Below, one piece after another: positions 12,315-21,665 of a DNA stretch of 64,000 nt (its first letter is position 1; each line of letters begins with the position of its first letter). The stretch covers positions 42,171 to 106,170 of the forward strand of contig CAZYVT010000001.1 in assembly GCA_964651335.1 (NCBI GenBank). The letters are read 5' to 3'. The notes beneath the pieces were generated by a model. That model saw nothing but the letters and a program-made list of their open reading frames with translations, ran no database searches and was not told the DNA's origin. The position numbers and the translations under genes are program-made. The DNA is from an uncultured Enterobacteriaceae bacterium. Its GTDB lineage: Bacteria; Pseudomonadota; Gammaproteobacteria; Burkholderiales; SG8-39.

Positions 12315-13139
12315 ATGGATACGACGCTCAAGGGAAAGACACTTTTCATCACCGGTGCAAGCCGCGGGATCGGCCTCGCGATCGCGCTGCGCGCGGCCCG
12401 GGACGGCGCCAATGTGGTGGTTGCGGCAAAGACCACCGAACCGCATCCCAAACTGCCGGGCACAATCTACACGGCGGCGAGGGAAATCGAAGCCGCGGGC
12501 GGGCGCGCCTTGCCGGTGGTGGTGGATGTACGCTTCGAGGACCAGGTGCAGGCGGCCGTGGCCCGCGCGGTCGAGGCCTTCGGCGGCATCGACATTCTGG
12601 TCAATAACGCGAGCGCGATCAGCCTCACCGGCACCGAGGCGACCGACATGAAGCGCTATGACCTGATGCACGGCATCAATACGCGCGGCACGTTCCTGTG
12701 CTCGAAGCACTGCATTCCGCATCTTCGCAAGGCGAACAACCCGCACGTGCTCAACCTCTCGCCGCCGCTCAACATGGAGGAGCGCTGGTTTGCGCCGCAC
12801 GTGGCCTACACGATGGCGAAATTCGGCATGAGCCTGTGCGTGCTTGGCATGGCGGGCGAATTCCGCGCCACGGGGATCGCGTTCAACGCCCTGTGGCCGA
12901 AGACCACAATCGATACCGCCGCGGTGCGAAACGTGGTCGGGGGCGCGGCGCTCGCGAACCGCAGCCGCACGCCCCAGATCATGGCCGACGCCGCGCACCT
13001 CATCCTGACGAAGCCGAGCCGCGCCTTCAGCGGAAATTTCTGCGTCGACGAAGTGCTGCTCCGGGAGCACGGAGTGACGGATTTCAACCGTTACCTCGTG
13101 ACTCCCGGCTGCGAGCCTCAGGCGGACTTTTTCGTTTAG
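12315..13139 (+). CDS. Short-chain dehydrogenase/reductase (HSDL2-like)
   Basis: TGASRGIG cofactor motif, NNAS, and YTMAK (YxxxK). 274 aa. Confidence 0.85.
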   Translation: MDTTLKGKTLFITGASRGIGLAIALRAARDGANVVVAAKTTEPHPKLPGTIYTAAREIEAAGGRALPVVVDVRFEDQVQAAVARAVEAFGGIDILVNNASAISLTGTEATDMKRYDLMHGINTRGTFLCSKHCIPHLRKANNPHVLNLSPPLNMEERWFAPHVAYTMAKFGMSLCVLGMAGEFRATGIAFNALWPKTTIDTAAVRNVVGGAALANRSRTPQIMADAAHLILTKPSRAFSGNFCVDEVLLREHGVTDFNRYLVTPGCEPQADFFV

Positions 13140-13969
13140 GCCGCGCGGCGAAGGCAAAGCACCGCGTTGCCGCTGCCTGAACTCTGCGCGTAATCGCCGT
13201 ACATCGCGGGGACGAGGGTGCTCCCGTCCTCGGCAAGCGCCTCGGCGCAGCCGAGCATCGTCGCAAGCACCCGGCCTCCCATCTCCGCCACCGCCTCGCG
13301 GCTGAATGCCGGCAGCCACTCGATCAGCTCGCGCAGACGTCCCGCCTTGTAGGCTTCAATGAAGCGCTGGTCGAGAGCCGCGCGCTCCGGCGTGGGCATG
13401 TGGTGGCGTCCGCGCACCAGCGCATGGCTGAGCGCGGTGCTCGCGACGAACACCGCGCGCCGGCCGAGGCGCTTGGCGACCGCGGACACTGAAGCGCCGG
13501 CGCGCCGGCACTCTTCCAGGTTGGCCATCAGCACCGACGGAATGCCGACGACCGCGACCTCCGCCTTCGGGTCCAGGTGCGAGAGCGGCACGAAGGTTCC
13601 GTAATCCCACGTGTAGTGCGCGCTTTCATTGCGTTCGGCAGGAATGGCGCCGCGCTTCCACTCGGCGACCAGCTCGCCCGCGAATTCCGCGTCGCCGCGG
13701 TAACGGTACGGCGTGCCCGGCACAAGGTCGGGAGCCTCGTTGGCCACGCAAACGCCCTGGTGCACCGCCTGGCAGGTGGCGAACCAGTTGAAGGTCGAGA
13801 CCCAATGCGTCGAGGCGATGACCCACAGGTCGGGCTTGGCTGCGCGCAGCTCCTCGCCGAGCCGGTGCTCGCCCTCGACCAGCGTTTTCTGGAAATCGGG
13901 GGTGATCTCGATCCGCGACAGCGTCGGCACGTGCGCGACGGTCGCAACCGCGATGATGCCGCTGGTCAT
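13136..13969 (-). CDS. Class III (LigB/HpaD-type) extradiol ring-cleavage dioxygenase
   Basis: Motifs align with homoprotocatechuate dioxygenase HpcB: VAHVPT, ASTHW, DYGTFVPL, ASTALSH, SSGSGN. 277 aa. Confidence 0.8.
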   Translation of the reverse strand: MTSGIIAVATVAHVPTLSRIEITPDFQKTLVEGEHRLGEELRAAKPDLWVIASTHWVSTFNWFATCQAVHQGVCVANEAPDLVPGTPYRYRGDAEFAGELVAEWKRGAIPAERNESAHYTWDYGTFVPLSHLDPKAEVAVVGIPSVLMANLEECRRAGASVSAVAKRLGRRAVFVASTALSHALVRGRHHMPTPERAALDQRFIEAYKAGRLRELIEWLPAFSREAVAEMGGRVLATMLGCAEALAEDGSTLVPAMYGDYAQSSGSGNAVLCLRRAA

Positions 13970-13970
13970 G

Positions 13971-14609
13971 TCAGTTCTCCGCGTCCGGTTGTCTGGAGGG
14001 CTGCGCGCGCTCGAACGGCTCGAGTTTCATGCACTCGTCGAACACGCGCACGACATTGCGGAAGGACGCCAGCTCGCACCGGTAGCGCTTGGCGTTGAAC
14101 ACCTGCGGTACCAGGCAGCAGTCAGCCATGGTGGGTAGCTCGCCGTGGCAGAACGCGGCCGGGTCGCTCGCCAGTTCCGCCTCGAGCTTCGCCAACCCGT
14201 CGGCGATCCAGTGGCGGTACCAGGCGTTCACCTGATCCTCGGTCTGGCCCAAGGCTTTGCGCAAATGCGTGAGCGTACGCAGGTTGTTGAGCGGATGGAT
14301 TTCGCACGCCACCAGCAACGAAAGACTGCGCACGCGCGCTCGTCCCAGGGTGTCCTTCGGCAGCAGCGGCGGCACCGGACGCGTTTCCTCGAGATACTCG
14401 ATAATGGCGAGCGACTGGGTGAGAAGAGGGCCTTCGTCCACCAGCGCGGGGACAAGCCCCTGCGGGTTCAGCGTCACATACTCGGGTCTGCGGTGCTCGC
14501 CCTTGGCCAGATGCACGAACGCCGGCTCGTAGGCGAGTCCCTTCAGGTTGAGCGCGATGCGGACCCGAAACGCAGCCGAGCTGCGGAAAAACGTGTACAG
14601 CCGGATCAC
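13971..14609 (-). CDS. maiA: Maleylacetoacetate/maleylpyruvate isomerase (GST zeta class)
   Basis: Trimmed from ORF 13971..15494 to the GTG at 14609, which makes a GTGA overlap with the upstream stop. Zeta-GST N-terminus LYTFFRSSAAFRVRIALNLKG and LNPQGLVPAL. 212 aa. Confidence 0.85.
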   Translation of the reverse strand: MIRLYTFFRSSAAFRVRIALNLKGLAYEPAFVHLAKGEHRRPEYVTLNPQGLVPALVDEGPLLTQSLAIIEYLEETRPVPPLLPKDTLGRARVRSLSLLVACEIHPLNNLRTLTHLRKALGQTEDQVNAWYRHWIADGLAKLEAELASDPAAFCHGELPTMADCCLVPQVFNAKRYRCELASFRNVVRVFDECMKLEPFERAQPSRQPDAEN

Positions 14610-15298
14610 AGGGGCGCGACGATCCTGACCTTGAGCTCGCCCACGCCGTCGACGCCAGCATGCAGCTCGTCGCCGGGTTGCAGCGGGCCGACGCCCGCAG
14701 GCGTACCGCTGTAGATCAGATCGCCCGGCTCGAGCGTGTAGTACTGCGACAGGTACTCGATCTGCTCGGGCACCGACCAGATCATGTCGGCGAGGTCGGC
14801 CTTCTGGCGCTGCTTGCCGTTCACTTCGAGCCAGATCGCGCCTTTGCCGGGGTGGCCGATCTTCGAGGCCGGGGCCAGCGCGCTGCACGGCGCAGCTTCG
14901 TCGAAGTCCTTGCCGAAGTCCCAGGGACGGCCCTTGTCCTTGCCGATCTGCTGCAGGTCGCGGCGCGTCATGTCCAGGCCCACCGCATACCCGAACACGT
15001 AGCCGTTCGCGTCCTTCGCCGCGATGCGCCGGCCGCGCTGTGCGATTGCGACCACCATTTCGGTCTCGTAGTGGAGATTCGCGGTCTTCGGCGGATAGTG
15101 TACGTCGCCGCCCTGCGGCACCAGCGCGTGGGCCGATTTGATGAAGAAAAACGGCTGCTCGCGTCCGTCGCCGCCCATCTCCTTCTGATGCTCGACGTAG
15201 TTTCGCCCGACGCAGAAAATGCGGCGCACCGGGAACAGTTCGCCGGATCCGAGGACGGGCAACGCCGGTTGGGTCCAGATCGGAATCGCGTACGCCAT
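14606..15298 (-). CDS. Fumarylacetoacetate hydrolase family protein (fumarylpyruvate/fumarylacetoacetate hydrolase-like)
   Basis: FAH-family motifs IFCVGRNYVEH, FFIKS, YETEMVV, GTPAGVG. 230 aa. Confidence 0.85.
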   Translation of the reverse strand: MAYAIPIWTQPALPVLGSGELFPVRRIFCVGRNYVEHQKEMGGDGREQPFFFIKSAHALVPQGGDVHYPPKTANLHYETEMVVAIAQRGRRIAAKDANGYVFGYAVGLDMTRRDLQQIGKDKGRPWDFGKDFDEAAPCSALAPASKIGHPGKGAIWLEVNGKQRQKADLADMIWSVPEQIEYLSQYYTLEPGDLIYSGTPAGVGPLQPGDELHAGVDGVGELKVRIVAPL

Positions 15299-15355
15299 GC
15301 GCTCCTCTTTGAGGGACGGAAAAGTGCCGGGGTGAAAGGGGGCGGAACGGAGATT

Positions 15356-16894
15356 TTATCCTTTGGGGGCGAGATCGCGCTGCAACAATTCGCGCAGCCT
15401 GAAGCGCTGCACTTTGCCGGTGGCCGTGCGCGGTATCTCTGCAACGCTGCGCACCCATTTCGGCCGCTTGAAGCGCGGCAGTTTCGCCTCGCACGCGCGC
15501 TCTGCGGCGGCAATCGCCGCGGCGGAATCACCACACGGCGCCACAAACAGCGCGAGCCGATCGAAGCCGTCGGTATCGAGGACCGGAACACAAGCCGCCT
15601 CCCCGATCAGCGGCTCGCCCGCCACCGCTTCCTCGATGTCGCCGGGTTGTACGTACTGGCCGGCGATCTTCACCATCTCGTCGCTGCGGCCCTGATGCGT
15701 GTACAGGCCCTGCGCGTCGCGCACGAACAGGTCGTTGGTGCAGAACCAGCCGTCCCGGAATTGCGCGTCGGTCTGCTCTGGCCGATTCGCGTAGCCGAGA
15801 GCGAGCGCCGGGTGCTGCACCCAAAGTACTCCCGGTTCGCCGGGCAGCGGCTCGGTTCCCTGCGCCGTTTCGAGCCGAACGTGCACGCCGGCGAGCGGCT
15901 TGCCCGGGCGGGCGGTGCCCGGCAAACCGCGTGGCGTCACCATGCACACGCAGAACGTCTCTGACATGCCGTAGATCGAGAGCAGTTCGCCGCCGGTGAC
16001 CCGGTTCCATCTCTCGACCAGCCGCTCGGGCAGCCGTTCCCCGCCGGAAAGGAAATGGCGCACCGCGCGTAACGGCTCGAGCGCCTGGTCAGGTAGCGCC
16101 GCAAGCCGGCGGTAGAACGACGGCACACTTGCGAACACCGCCGGACGCTCGCGCGCGACGATCGCGCAGACTTCGTCGATTTCAGGCCAGTCGGGGTGCA
16201 GTACGCTCGTGAGTCCGTGCGCGAGCGATCCGAGAAGGCCGTGATCGAGCGCGTAGGCAAAGAACAGTTTCGAGGTGACGAAGACCTTCTCGCCCGGGGC
16301 GAGCGCGAGCGTCTCCGCGAACACCTGGCCGGCCGGAAGCGCGTCCTTGTGCGAATGGACGATTCCTTTCGGCTTGCCCGTGGTTCCGGAGGAGTACAGC
16401 CAGAACGCCGGATCCTCGGGCCGCGCCTCATACGCCGGCGCATCGGGCGTGGCGCGCGATAGCAACTCGCGCCACAACGCCGCGCCCTGCGGCGCTCCGC
16501 CTCCCGCGACCGCAAGTACGCCCAGACGCGCGAATTCAGCCGCCAGATCGGGCCGGGCGTGTACGAACACGTCCTCGACGACCGAAACGCGCGCCGCGCT
16601 GTCGGCGCAGATGTAACGATATTCCTGCTCGGAGAGTTTGGTGTTGAGACCGATCGCCACCGCTCCGGCGCGCACCGCGCCCAGCCAGGCCGCAACGTAT
16701 TCCGGCGTGTCGCGAAGCAACAAGACTACGCGGTCGCCCGGCGTGATGCCGAGCGCGGCGAATGCGGCCGCCGCCCGCGCGACACGTGCCGCAAGCCCGA
16801 CATAGGTGACCGACTCATCGCCGCAGGTAAACGCGATGCGGGTTCGGTGGCGCGCAATCGCTGCCGGCCCGAGAACATGCTCGGCCAGGTTCAT
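15356..16894 (-). CDS. Benzoate-CoA ligase-family aromatic acid CoA ligase
   Basis: AMP-binding motifs YSSGTTGKPKGI, YGMSE, FCTNDLF and GRSDEMVKIAG. 512 aa, first gene of the minus-strand operon. Confidence 0.85.
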   Translation of the reverse strand: MNLAEHVLGPAAIARHRTRIAFTCGDESVTYVGLAARVARAAAAFAALGITPGDRVVLLLRDTPEYVAAWLGAVRAGAVAIGLNTKLSEQEYRYICADSAARVSVVEDVFVHARPDLAAEFARLGVLAVAGGGAPQGAALWRELLSRATPDAPAYEARPEDPAFWLYSSGTTGKPKGIVHSHKDALPAGQVFAETLALAPGEKVFVTSKLFFAYALDHGLLGSLAHGLTSVLHPDWPEIDEVCAIVARERPAVFASVPSFYRRLAALPDQALEPLRAVRHFLSGGERLPERLVERWNRVTGGELLSIYGMSETFCVCMVTPRGLPGTARPGKPLAGVHVRLETAQGTEPLPGEPGVLWVQHPALALGYANRPEQTDAQFRDGWFCTNDLFVRDAQGLYTHQGRSDEMVKIAGQYVQPGDIEEAVAGEPLIGEAACVPVLDTDGFDRLALFVAPCGDSAAAIAAAERACEAKLPRFKRPKWVRSVAEIPRTATGKVQRFRLRELLQRDLAPKG

Positions 16895-17122
16895 GCGAGG
16901 ATCCCGAGCAGCCGGAGCGATCGTAGAGAACGCACGATGAACAGCGTGACGCGCGGCGGGTCGAGTGTGGGCTCCATGTGGCGTGATGCTGCGCTTCAGA
17001 ATAACCCATGCACCGGGTCATGGCCATGCGTCACTCACGAATGCGGTTGCGGATGCGCCCTGCTTTGCATAGGATGCTAGCGCGGTTCGTTGGGGAACCG
17101 AATTGTTTGAGATCAAAGCAAT

Positions 17123-17569
17123 ATGAGCGAGAACGCCGCCAGGCGCCCCGGGGTGCGGCTGAACCCGGGGCCGCTGCCCGGGCTGATCGGCTACCGGCTG
17201 CGGCTCGCCCAGCAGTCCGTGTTCCGCGACTTCGCGGCGAGCGTTCCGGGCCTTTCCCCGGGCCGCATCGGGATGCTGCTTCTGATCGAGGCAAATCCGG
17301 GGGTGACGCAGAGTCGGCTCGCGCACGCGGTCGAGCGCGACCGCTCGACCATGGTCGGGGTGCTCGATCAGCTCGAGGCGAAGGGATTGATCGAGCGCAG
17401 GAAAGGCGATGACCGGCGCACCAACGGGCTGTGGCTCACACGCGCGGGACGGGGCCTGGTGGTGCGGGCAAGGCGCGGCATCGCGATCCACGAACGGCGC
17501 GTCGCGTCGCGCCTCTCGGCTGCGGAGCGCGTAAAGCTCCTCGAACTGCTTGCGCGCATCGCGACTTAG
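17123..17569 (+). CDS. MarR-family transcriptional regulator
   Basis: 148 aa with a winged-HTH core (ITQSRLAHAVERDRSTMVGVLDQLEAKGLIERR). Divergent from the CoA-ligase operon. Confidence 0.85.
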   Translation: MSENAARRPGVRLNPGPLPGLIGYRLRLAQQSVFRDFAASVPGLSPGRIGMLLLIEANPGVTQSRLAHAVERDRSTMVGVLDQLEAKGLIERRKGDDRRTNGLWLTRAGRGLVVRARRGIAIHERRVASRLSAAERVKLLELLARIAT

Positions 17570-17603
17570 GGCGAGAAAAGCGCGTGCTAGACTGACCGCC
17601 GCC

Positions 17604-17855
17604 ATGATCGAGAAGCGCCTGCTCGACGAGCTTGGCTCCCGTCTCGGCGAGGCGATGCGCGCCTCGCCGGTGCAGGATCTGGAGAAAAATCTGCGCGCGC
17701 TGCTGGTGGCGTTTTTCGACCGCTTCGATCTGGTGGCGCGCGAGGACTTCGAGGTGCAGAAGAAGCTCCTTGCGCGCGCGCAAGAAAAGCTCCTGGCGCT
17801 CGAAGCACGCATCGCCGAGCTGGAAGCGCGCGCCGGCGGCGACCGCGCCGCGTAA
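17604..17855 (+). CDS. ubiK: UbiK/YqiC (BMFP) accessory factor
   Basis: Internal ATG of ORF 17550..17855. Coiled-coil protein with DLEKNLRALL..FDLVAREDFEVQ, typical of the YqiC family. 83 aa. Confidence 0.7.
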   Translation: MIEKRLLDELGSRLGEAMRASPVQDLEKNLRALLVAFFDRFDLVAREDFEVQKKLLARAQEKLLALEARIAELEARAGGDRAA

Positions 17856-17897
17856 ACCGCCCCGCCTGCCGCGCGTTTTCCCCGTGGAGGGGATCGA

Positions 17898-19397
17898 ATG
17901 TCGCTTGCCACCGTAGCGAGCCGCGCGCTTGCGGGGATTGCCGCGCCCGAGGTGACCGTGGAGGTCCACCTGGGCCCGGGGCTTCCGGCGTTTCACATCG
18001 TGGGCTTGCCGGACATCGAAGTACGCGAGGCGAAGGTCCGGGTGCGCGCCGCGCTCAACCACGCGCGCTTCGATTTCCCCGCGCGCCGCATTACGGTCAA
18101 TCTGGCGCCCGCGGACCTGCCGAAGGATTCGAGCCGCTTCGACCTGCCGATCGCGCTCGGCATCCTTGCGGCGAGCGGCCAGTTGAAGGCCGCTGCGCTT
18201 GCGGGGCACGAGTTTGCAGGCGAGCTATCGCTCACCGGGGAGTTGCGCCCGGTGCGCGGCGCGCTCGCGATGGCGCTTGGCGCGAGCAAGGCGGGCCGCG
18301 CGTTCGTGCTTCCGGCGCAAAGTGCGGCCCAGGCCGCGCTCGCCGAGCGCGCGCACGTCCTTCCGGCCGCGAGCCTGCTCGAAGTGTGCGCGCATCTTGC
18401 GGGAGACACGCCGCTTATCCCTTATTGCGACGGCGTCGAGCGCGTCCTTCCATGCTATCCAGACCTTGCAGACGTGAAGGGCCAGGCGCAGGCGAAACGT
18501 GCGCTCGAAGTCGCCGCCGCCGGAGCACACGCCATTCTCCTCATCGGGCCGCCCGGTACGGGAAAGTCGATGCTCGCGGCGCGCTTGCCCGGAATCCTGC
18601 CGGAGATGACGCCGGCCGAGGCGCTGGAGACTGCGGAAGTGCATTCAGCTTCCAGCATCGGATTCGACGCCGCTCGCTGGGGTGAGCGCCCGTACCGCGC
18701 ACCGCACCACAGCGCATCGAGCGCTGCGCTGGTCGGCGGCGGCATGCCGCCACGGCCGGGGGAGATTTCGCTTGCGCATCATGGCGTCCTCTTCCTGGAC
18801 GAGCTGCCCGAATTCCCGCGCGATGCGCTCGAAGCGCTGCGCGAGCCGCTCGAATCGGGAAGCATCTCCATTGCACGGGCGGCGCGCTACGCCACGTATC
18901 CGGCGCGCTTCCTGCTCGTCGCCGCCATGAATCCCTGCCCTTGCGGTCATCTCGGCAATGCCTCGGGCAGATGTCGCTGCACGCCCGATCAGGTTGCGCG
19001 CTACCGGGGGAAAATCTCCGGGCCCCTTCTGGATCGCGTCGACCTCAAGGTCGAGGTACCCAGACCGGGCGAGTGGGAGATGATGGGAAATAGCGTGGCC
19101 GAATCCTCTGCGACGATTCGGGGTCGCGTGTGTGCTGCCCGAGAGCGTCAGCTTGTTCGGCAAGGAAAGCCCAACGCGTGGCTACAGGCACGAGAGACCG
19201 CGCGCCACTGCGCGATCGATGGAGCGGCGGAGAATCTTCTGAAGCAGGCGATCGCCAGGCTTTCGCTCTCGGCGCGGGGCTATCACCGCGTGCTGCGGGT
19301 GGCGCGCTCGATCGCCGATCTTGGCGGGGAGAACATGATCGGCGCGGCGCACGTCGCGGAGGCGATCCAGTACCGCAGGCTGGACGCGAGCTTTTGA
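17898..19397 (+). CDS. comM: YifB/ComM Mg-chelatase-like AAA+ ATPase
   Basis: Lon-like N-terminal domain, Walker A GPPGTGKSMLA, Walker B VLFLDELPEF. 499 aa. Confidence 0.9.
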   Translation: MSLATVASRALAGIAAPEVTVEVHLGPGLPAFHIVGLPDIEVREAKVRVRAALNHARFDFPARRITVNLAPADLPKDSSRFDLPIALGILAASGQLKAAALAGHEFAGELSLTGELRPVRGALAMALGASKAGRAFVLPAQSAAQAALAERAHVLPAASLLEVCAHLAGDTPLIPYCDGVERVLPCYPDLADVKGQAQAKRALEVAAAGAHAILLIGPPGTGKSMLAARLPGILPEMTPAEALETAEVHSASSIGFDAARWGERPYRAPHHSASSAALVGGGMPPRPGEISLAHHGVLFLDELPEFPRDALEALREPLESGSISIARAARYATYPARFLLVAAMNPCPCGHLGNASGRCRCTPDQVARYRGKISGPLLDRVDLKVEVPRPGEWEMMGNSVAESSATIRGRVCAARERQLVRQGKPNAWLQARETARHCAIDGAAENLLKQAIARLSLSARGYHRVLRVARSIADLGGENMIGAAHVAEAIQYRRLDASF

Positions 19398-19419
19398 CGG
19401 GCCGCCGCGCCGCGCAAGC

Positions 19420-20289
19420 CTACTGTTGGTTATTGATCCAAGTAAGCACGTCTTGCCTGTCGATGCGGTAGCCGAAATCCGTGCCGCGACAGAGCGCATT
19501 CAGACCGAAGGACGTGACGGCCACGATGTTGTTGGACGTGGGACCGCCGAGAAAAACCGGCCCGCCCGAGTCGCCCGAGCACGTGCCGCCCCGCCGATCG
19601 CCGTTGCCTTGGGTCTGAAGGTTGTAGCCGTCGTTGAGCGCGCTGTTGAGATTGACCAGCGTGGATTTCGCCATCAGCCGCTCGCGGAAGGAGACGTTGG
19701 AAAGCGCCGAGTGTACCTGCACGCGCAAGGTGAGGCCGTAGCCGCTGACGGTGAAGATCGTGTCCTTCTGGCCGCGTGCGGTTGCCAAGCCGTCGAGCGC
19801 CCCGGGTTGCGGAAGCACGCCGTACTCCGGCAAGCTGATTGCCTGATCCAGGATCACCACGCCCGCATCATGCGTGTTGGGCAAACCGGCGAAGTTTGCA
19901 AAGCCGTAGTTGTAGATCTTGCCGTTCATGGATTCGGCGCACGTCGTGCCCAAGGTGGTTCCCGCGCATTCCGACGGATAGCCGGTGATCGGGTCCTTCC
20001 CCAGTGACGGGCTGAAGTTGGCGCCGGCATCCTGCTGGAAATATACGCGCGCAGACGCGGCGCCCCCGGCTGTGTCAGCGCAGTGCCCGGCTGTCAGGAA
20101 CTTGGTCGGGGTGATGAGCGAGCCGCTGCAGCGCCAGATGAAAGTGCCGCCGGCGTTATAGAACACGATCAGGCCTACATAAGGGTGTTCGTGGTCCTCG
20201 ACCCAGCTGCCCGTGATGCCAAAGGCGGGCGTCACGGCCGCGGCGAACGCGGCGAGTGCAAGTGCGGAAGCTGCGAATGTCCTACCCAT
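19420..20289 (-). CDS. Secreted trypsin-like (S1) serine protease
   Basis: Trimmed from ORF 19420..21102 to MGRTFAASALALAAFAAA (signal peptide). Catalytic motifs TAGHC, D in HDAGVVIL, and GDSGGP. 289 aa. Confidence 0.8.
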   Translation of the reverse strand: MGRTFAASALALAAFAAAVTPAFGITGSWVEDHEHPYVGLIVFYNAGGTFIWRCSGSLITPTKFLTAGHCADTAGGAASARVYFQQDAGANFSPSLGKDPITGYPSECAGTTLGTTCAESMNGKIYNYGFANFAGLPNTHDAGVVILDQAISLPEYGVLPQPGALDGLATARGQKDTIFTVSGYGLTLRVQVHSALSNVSFRERLMAKSTLVNLNSALNDGYNLQTQGNGDRRGGTCSGDSGGPVFLGGPTSNNIVAVTSFGLNALCRGTDFGYRIDRQDVLTWINNQQ

Positions 20290-20436
20290 TGGGCTGCCTC
20301 CTCTCCTCTGCGTGCTATGGGTACTACGGGAGAAATGCCTGTTGTTCTGTATCCGAGCGCCTTGCAGTATAGCTTGAGACCCGCCACGGGAGATAGGCCG
20401 ACCCCCGAGGGTCGGGTTTGCTAGAGTCCGCGTCCC

Positions 20437-21255
20437 ATGGCGACCTACGCGATCGGCGACGTGCAGGGCTGCTTCGAGGAGCTGCAGGAGCTTCTTTCCC
20501 GCGTCGGCTTCGAGCGCTCTCGCGATCGCTTGTGGTTCGTCGGCGATCTGGTCAACCGCGGCCCGAAGTCGCTCGAGGTACTGCGCTATGTGCGCAATCT
20601 GGGCGAGTGCGCAGTGACGGTGCTCGGCAATCACGACCTGCATCTCGTGTGTCAGTTCGAGGGCTCCGAAGGGAGCCGCCGCAATGACACGTTCGACGAT
20701 GTGCTCGCATCGCCCGACGCCGGCGAACTCGTCGCTTGGCTGCGCGCCCGACCGATGATGCACGTGGAGGGCCGCTTTGCCATGGTGCATGCGGGACTGC
20801 TGCCGCAATGGACGATCGAGAAGGCGTGCTCGCTTGCGCGCGAGGTGGAGCAGGCGCTCGGCGCGCCGAACTATCGGGAATTCCTCGCCCACATGTACGG
20901 CAACCGGCCCGACCGTTGGAAGGAGAGGCTCTCCGGCTGGGACCGGCTGCGGGTGATCGTGAATGCGATGACCCGGCTGCGTTTTTGCACCGACGAAGGC
21001 GCAATGGAACTTGAGTCGACGGGGATCGTGCCGCCTGACGGGACGCAGGCGTGGTTCGACACCCGGCTGGAGCGCGAGGAGCCGACGATTGTATGCGGGC
21101 ACTGGTCGTCGCTCGGCCTCAAACTCACTGAGCGCTTCGCGCTGCTGGATTCGGGGTGCGTCTGGGGCGGCGCGCTCAGCGCGCTACGGCTTGAGGACCG
21201 GTGGCTCGCGCAGGTACCCTGCTCGGGCTACCAACCGATCGGGGAGGACGCATGA
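20437..21255 (+). CDS. apaH: Symmetrical bis(5'-nucleosyl)-tetraphosphatase
   Basis: Metallophosphatase motifs YAIGDVQG, GDLVNRG, GNHD. 272 aa. Confidence 0.9.
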   Translation: MATYAIGDVQGCFEELQELLSRVGFERSRDRLWFVGDLVNRGPKSLEVLRYVRNLGECAVTVLGNHDLHLVCQFEGSEGSRRNDTFDDVLASPDAGELVAWLRARPMMHVEGRFAMVHAGLLPQWTIEKACSLAREVEQALGAPNYREFLAHMYGNRPDRWKERLSGWDRLRVIVNAMTRLRFCTDEGAMELESTGIVPPDGTQAWFDTRLEREEPTIVCGHWSSLGLKLTERFALLDSGCVWGGALSALRLEDRWLAQVPCSGYQPIGEDA

Positions 21256-21665
21256 CCGAGTGCGTATTTTGCAGGATCGTCGCCGGACAGATTCCGTCGA
21301 CCCGGGTGTACGAGGACGAGCACACGCTCGCCTTCATGGACATCGGCCAGGTGAATCCCGGCCACGTCCTCGTCGCCGTGAAAAAGCATGCCGAAAACCT
21401 GTACGCGCTCGAGGAGGCGCAGGCCGCTGCGGTGGCGCGCGCGAGCGTACGCGTCGCCCGCGCGATCGGCGCGGCCTTCTCGCCCCCGGGGCTATCGGTC
21501 TACCAGGCGAACGGCAAGCCGGCTGGACAGACCGTGTTTCACTACCACGTGCACCTGCTGCCGCGGCACGAGGGCGATGGCATGGAGATCACCTGGCCGG
21601 TGAAAAACCCGCCGCGCGAGAAGCTCGAGGAATACGCCGCGAAGATCCGCGGCAAGATCGTCTAG
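21252..21665 (+). CDS. HIT-family nucleotide hydrolase/transferase
   Basis: Internal ATG of ORF 21201..21665 makes an ATGA overlap with the apaH stop. CVFCRI, and histidine triad HYHVHLLP. Confidence 0.85.
   Translation: MTECVFCRIVAGQIPSTRVYEDEHTLAFMDIGQVNPGHVLVAVKKHAENLYALEEAQAAAVARASVRVARAIGAAFSPPGLSVYQANGKPAGQTVFHYHVHLLPRHEGDGMEITWPVKNPPREKLEEYAAKIRGKIV

Noticed and set aside
13971-15494. N-terminal extensions of ORF-track entries. Affected entries are 13971..15494, 19420..21102, 22601..23740, 23365..24504, 44652..45473, 45290..46438, 45347..46378, 49739..51040, 54160..55695, 58889..60055, 59745..61067 and 60902..61837.
   Set aside because: The extensions overlap the upstream recognised gene in another frame and are not protein-like. 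Family-consistent internal starts with ATGA, GTGA or TAATG coupling to the neighbour's stop were used instead.
17082-17122. Inverted repeats in the MarR/CoA-ligase divergent region (CGGTTC-N6-GAACCG and TTTGA-GA-TCAAA) considered as MarR operators.
   Set aside because: The arms are only 5-6 bp and such repeats are expected by chance. Without footprinting or conservation they are not supportable as features.
20398-20420. A stable hairpin CCGACCC-CCGA-GGGTCGG followed by GTTTG, 17 nt upstream of apaH, considered as an sRNA end or attenuator.
   Set aside because: The U-tract is very short, no upstream co-directional transcript is evident, and no further structure was recognised. It may simply be a leader stem.
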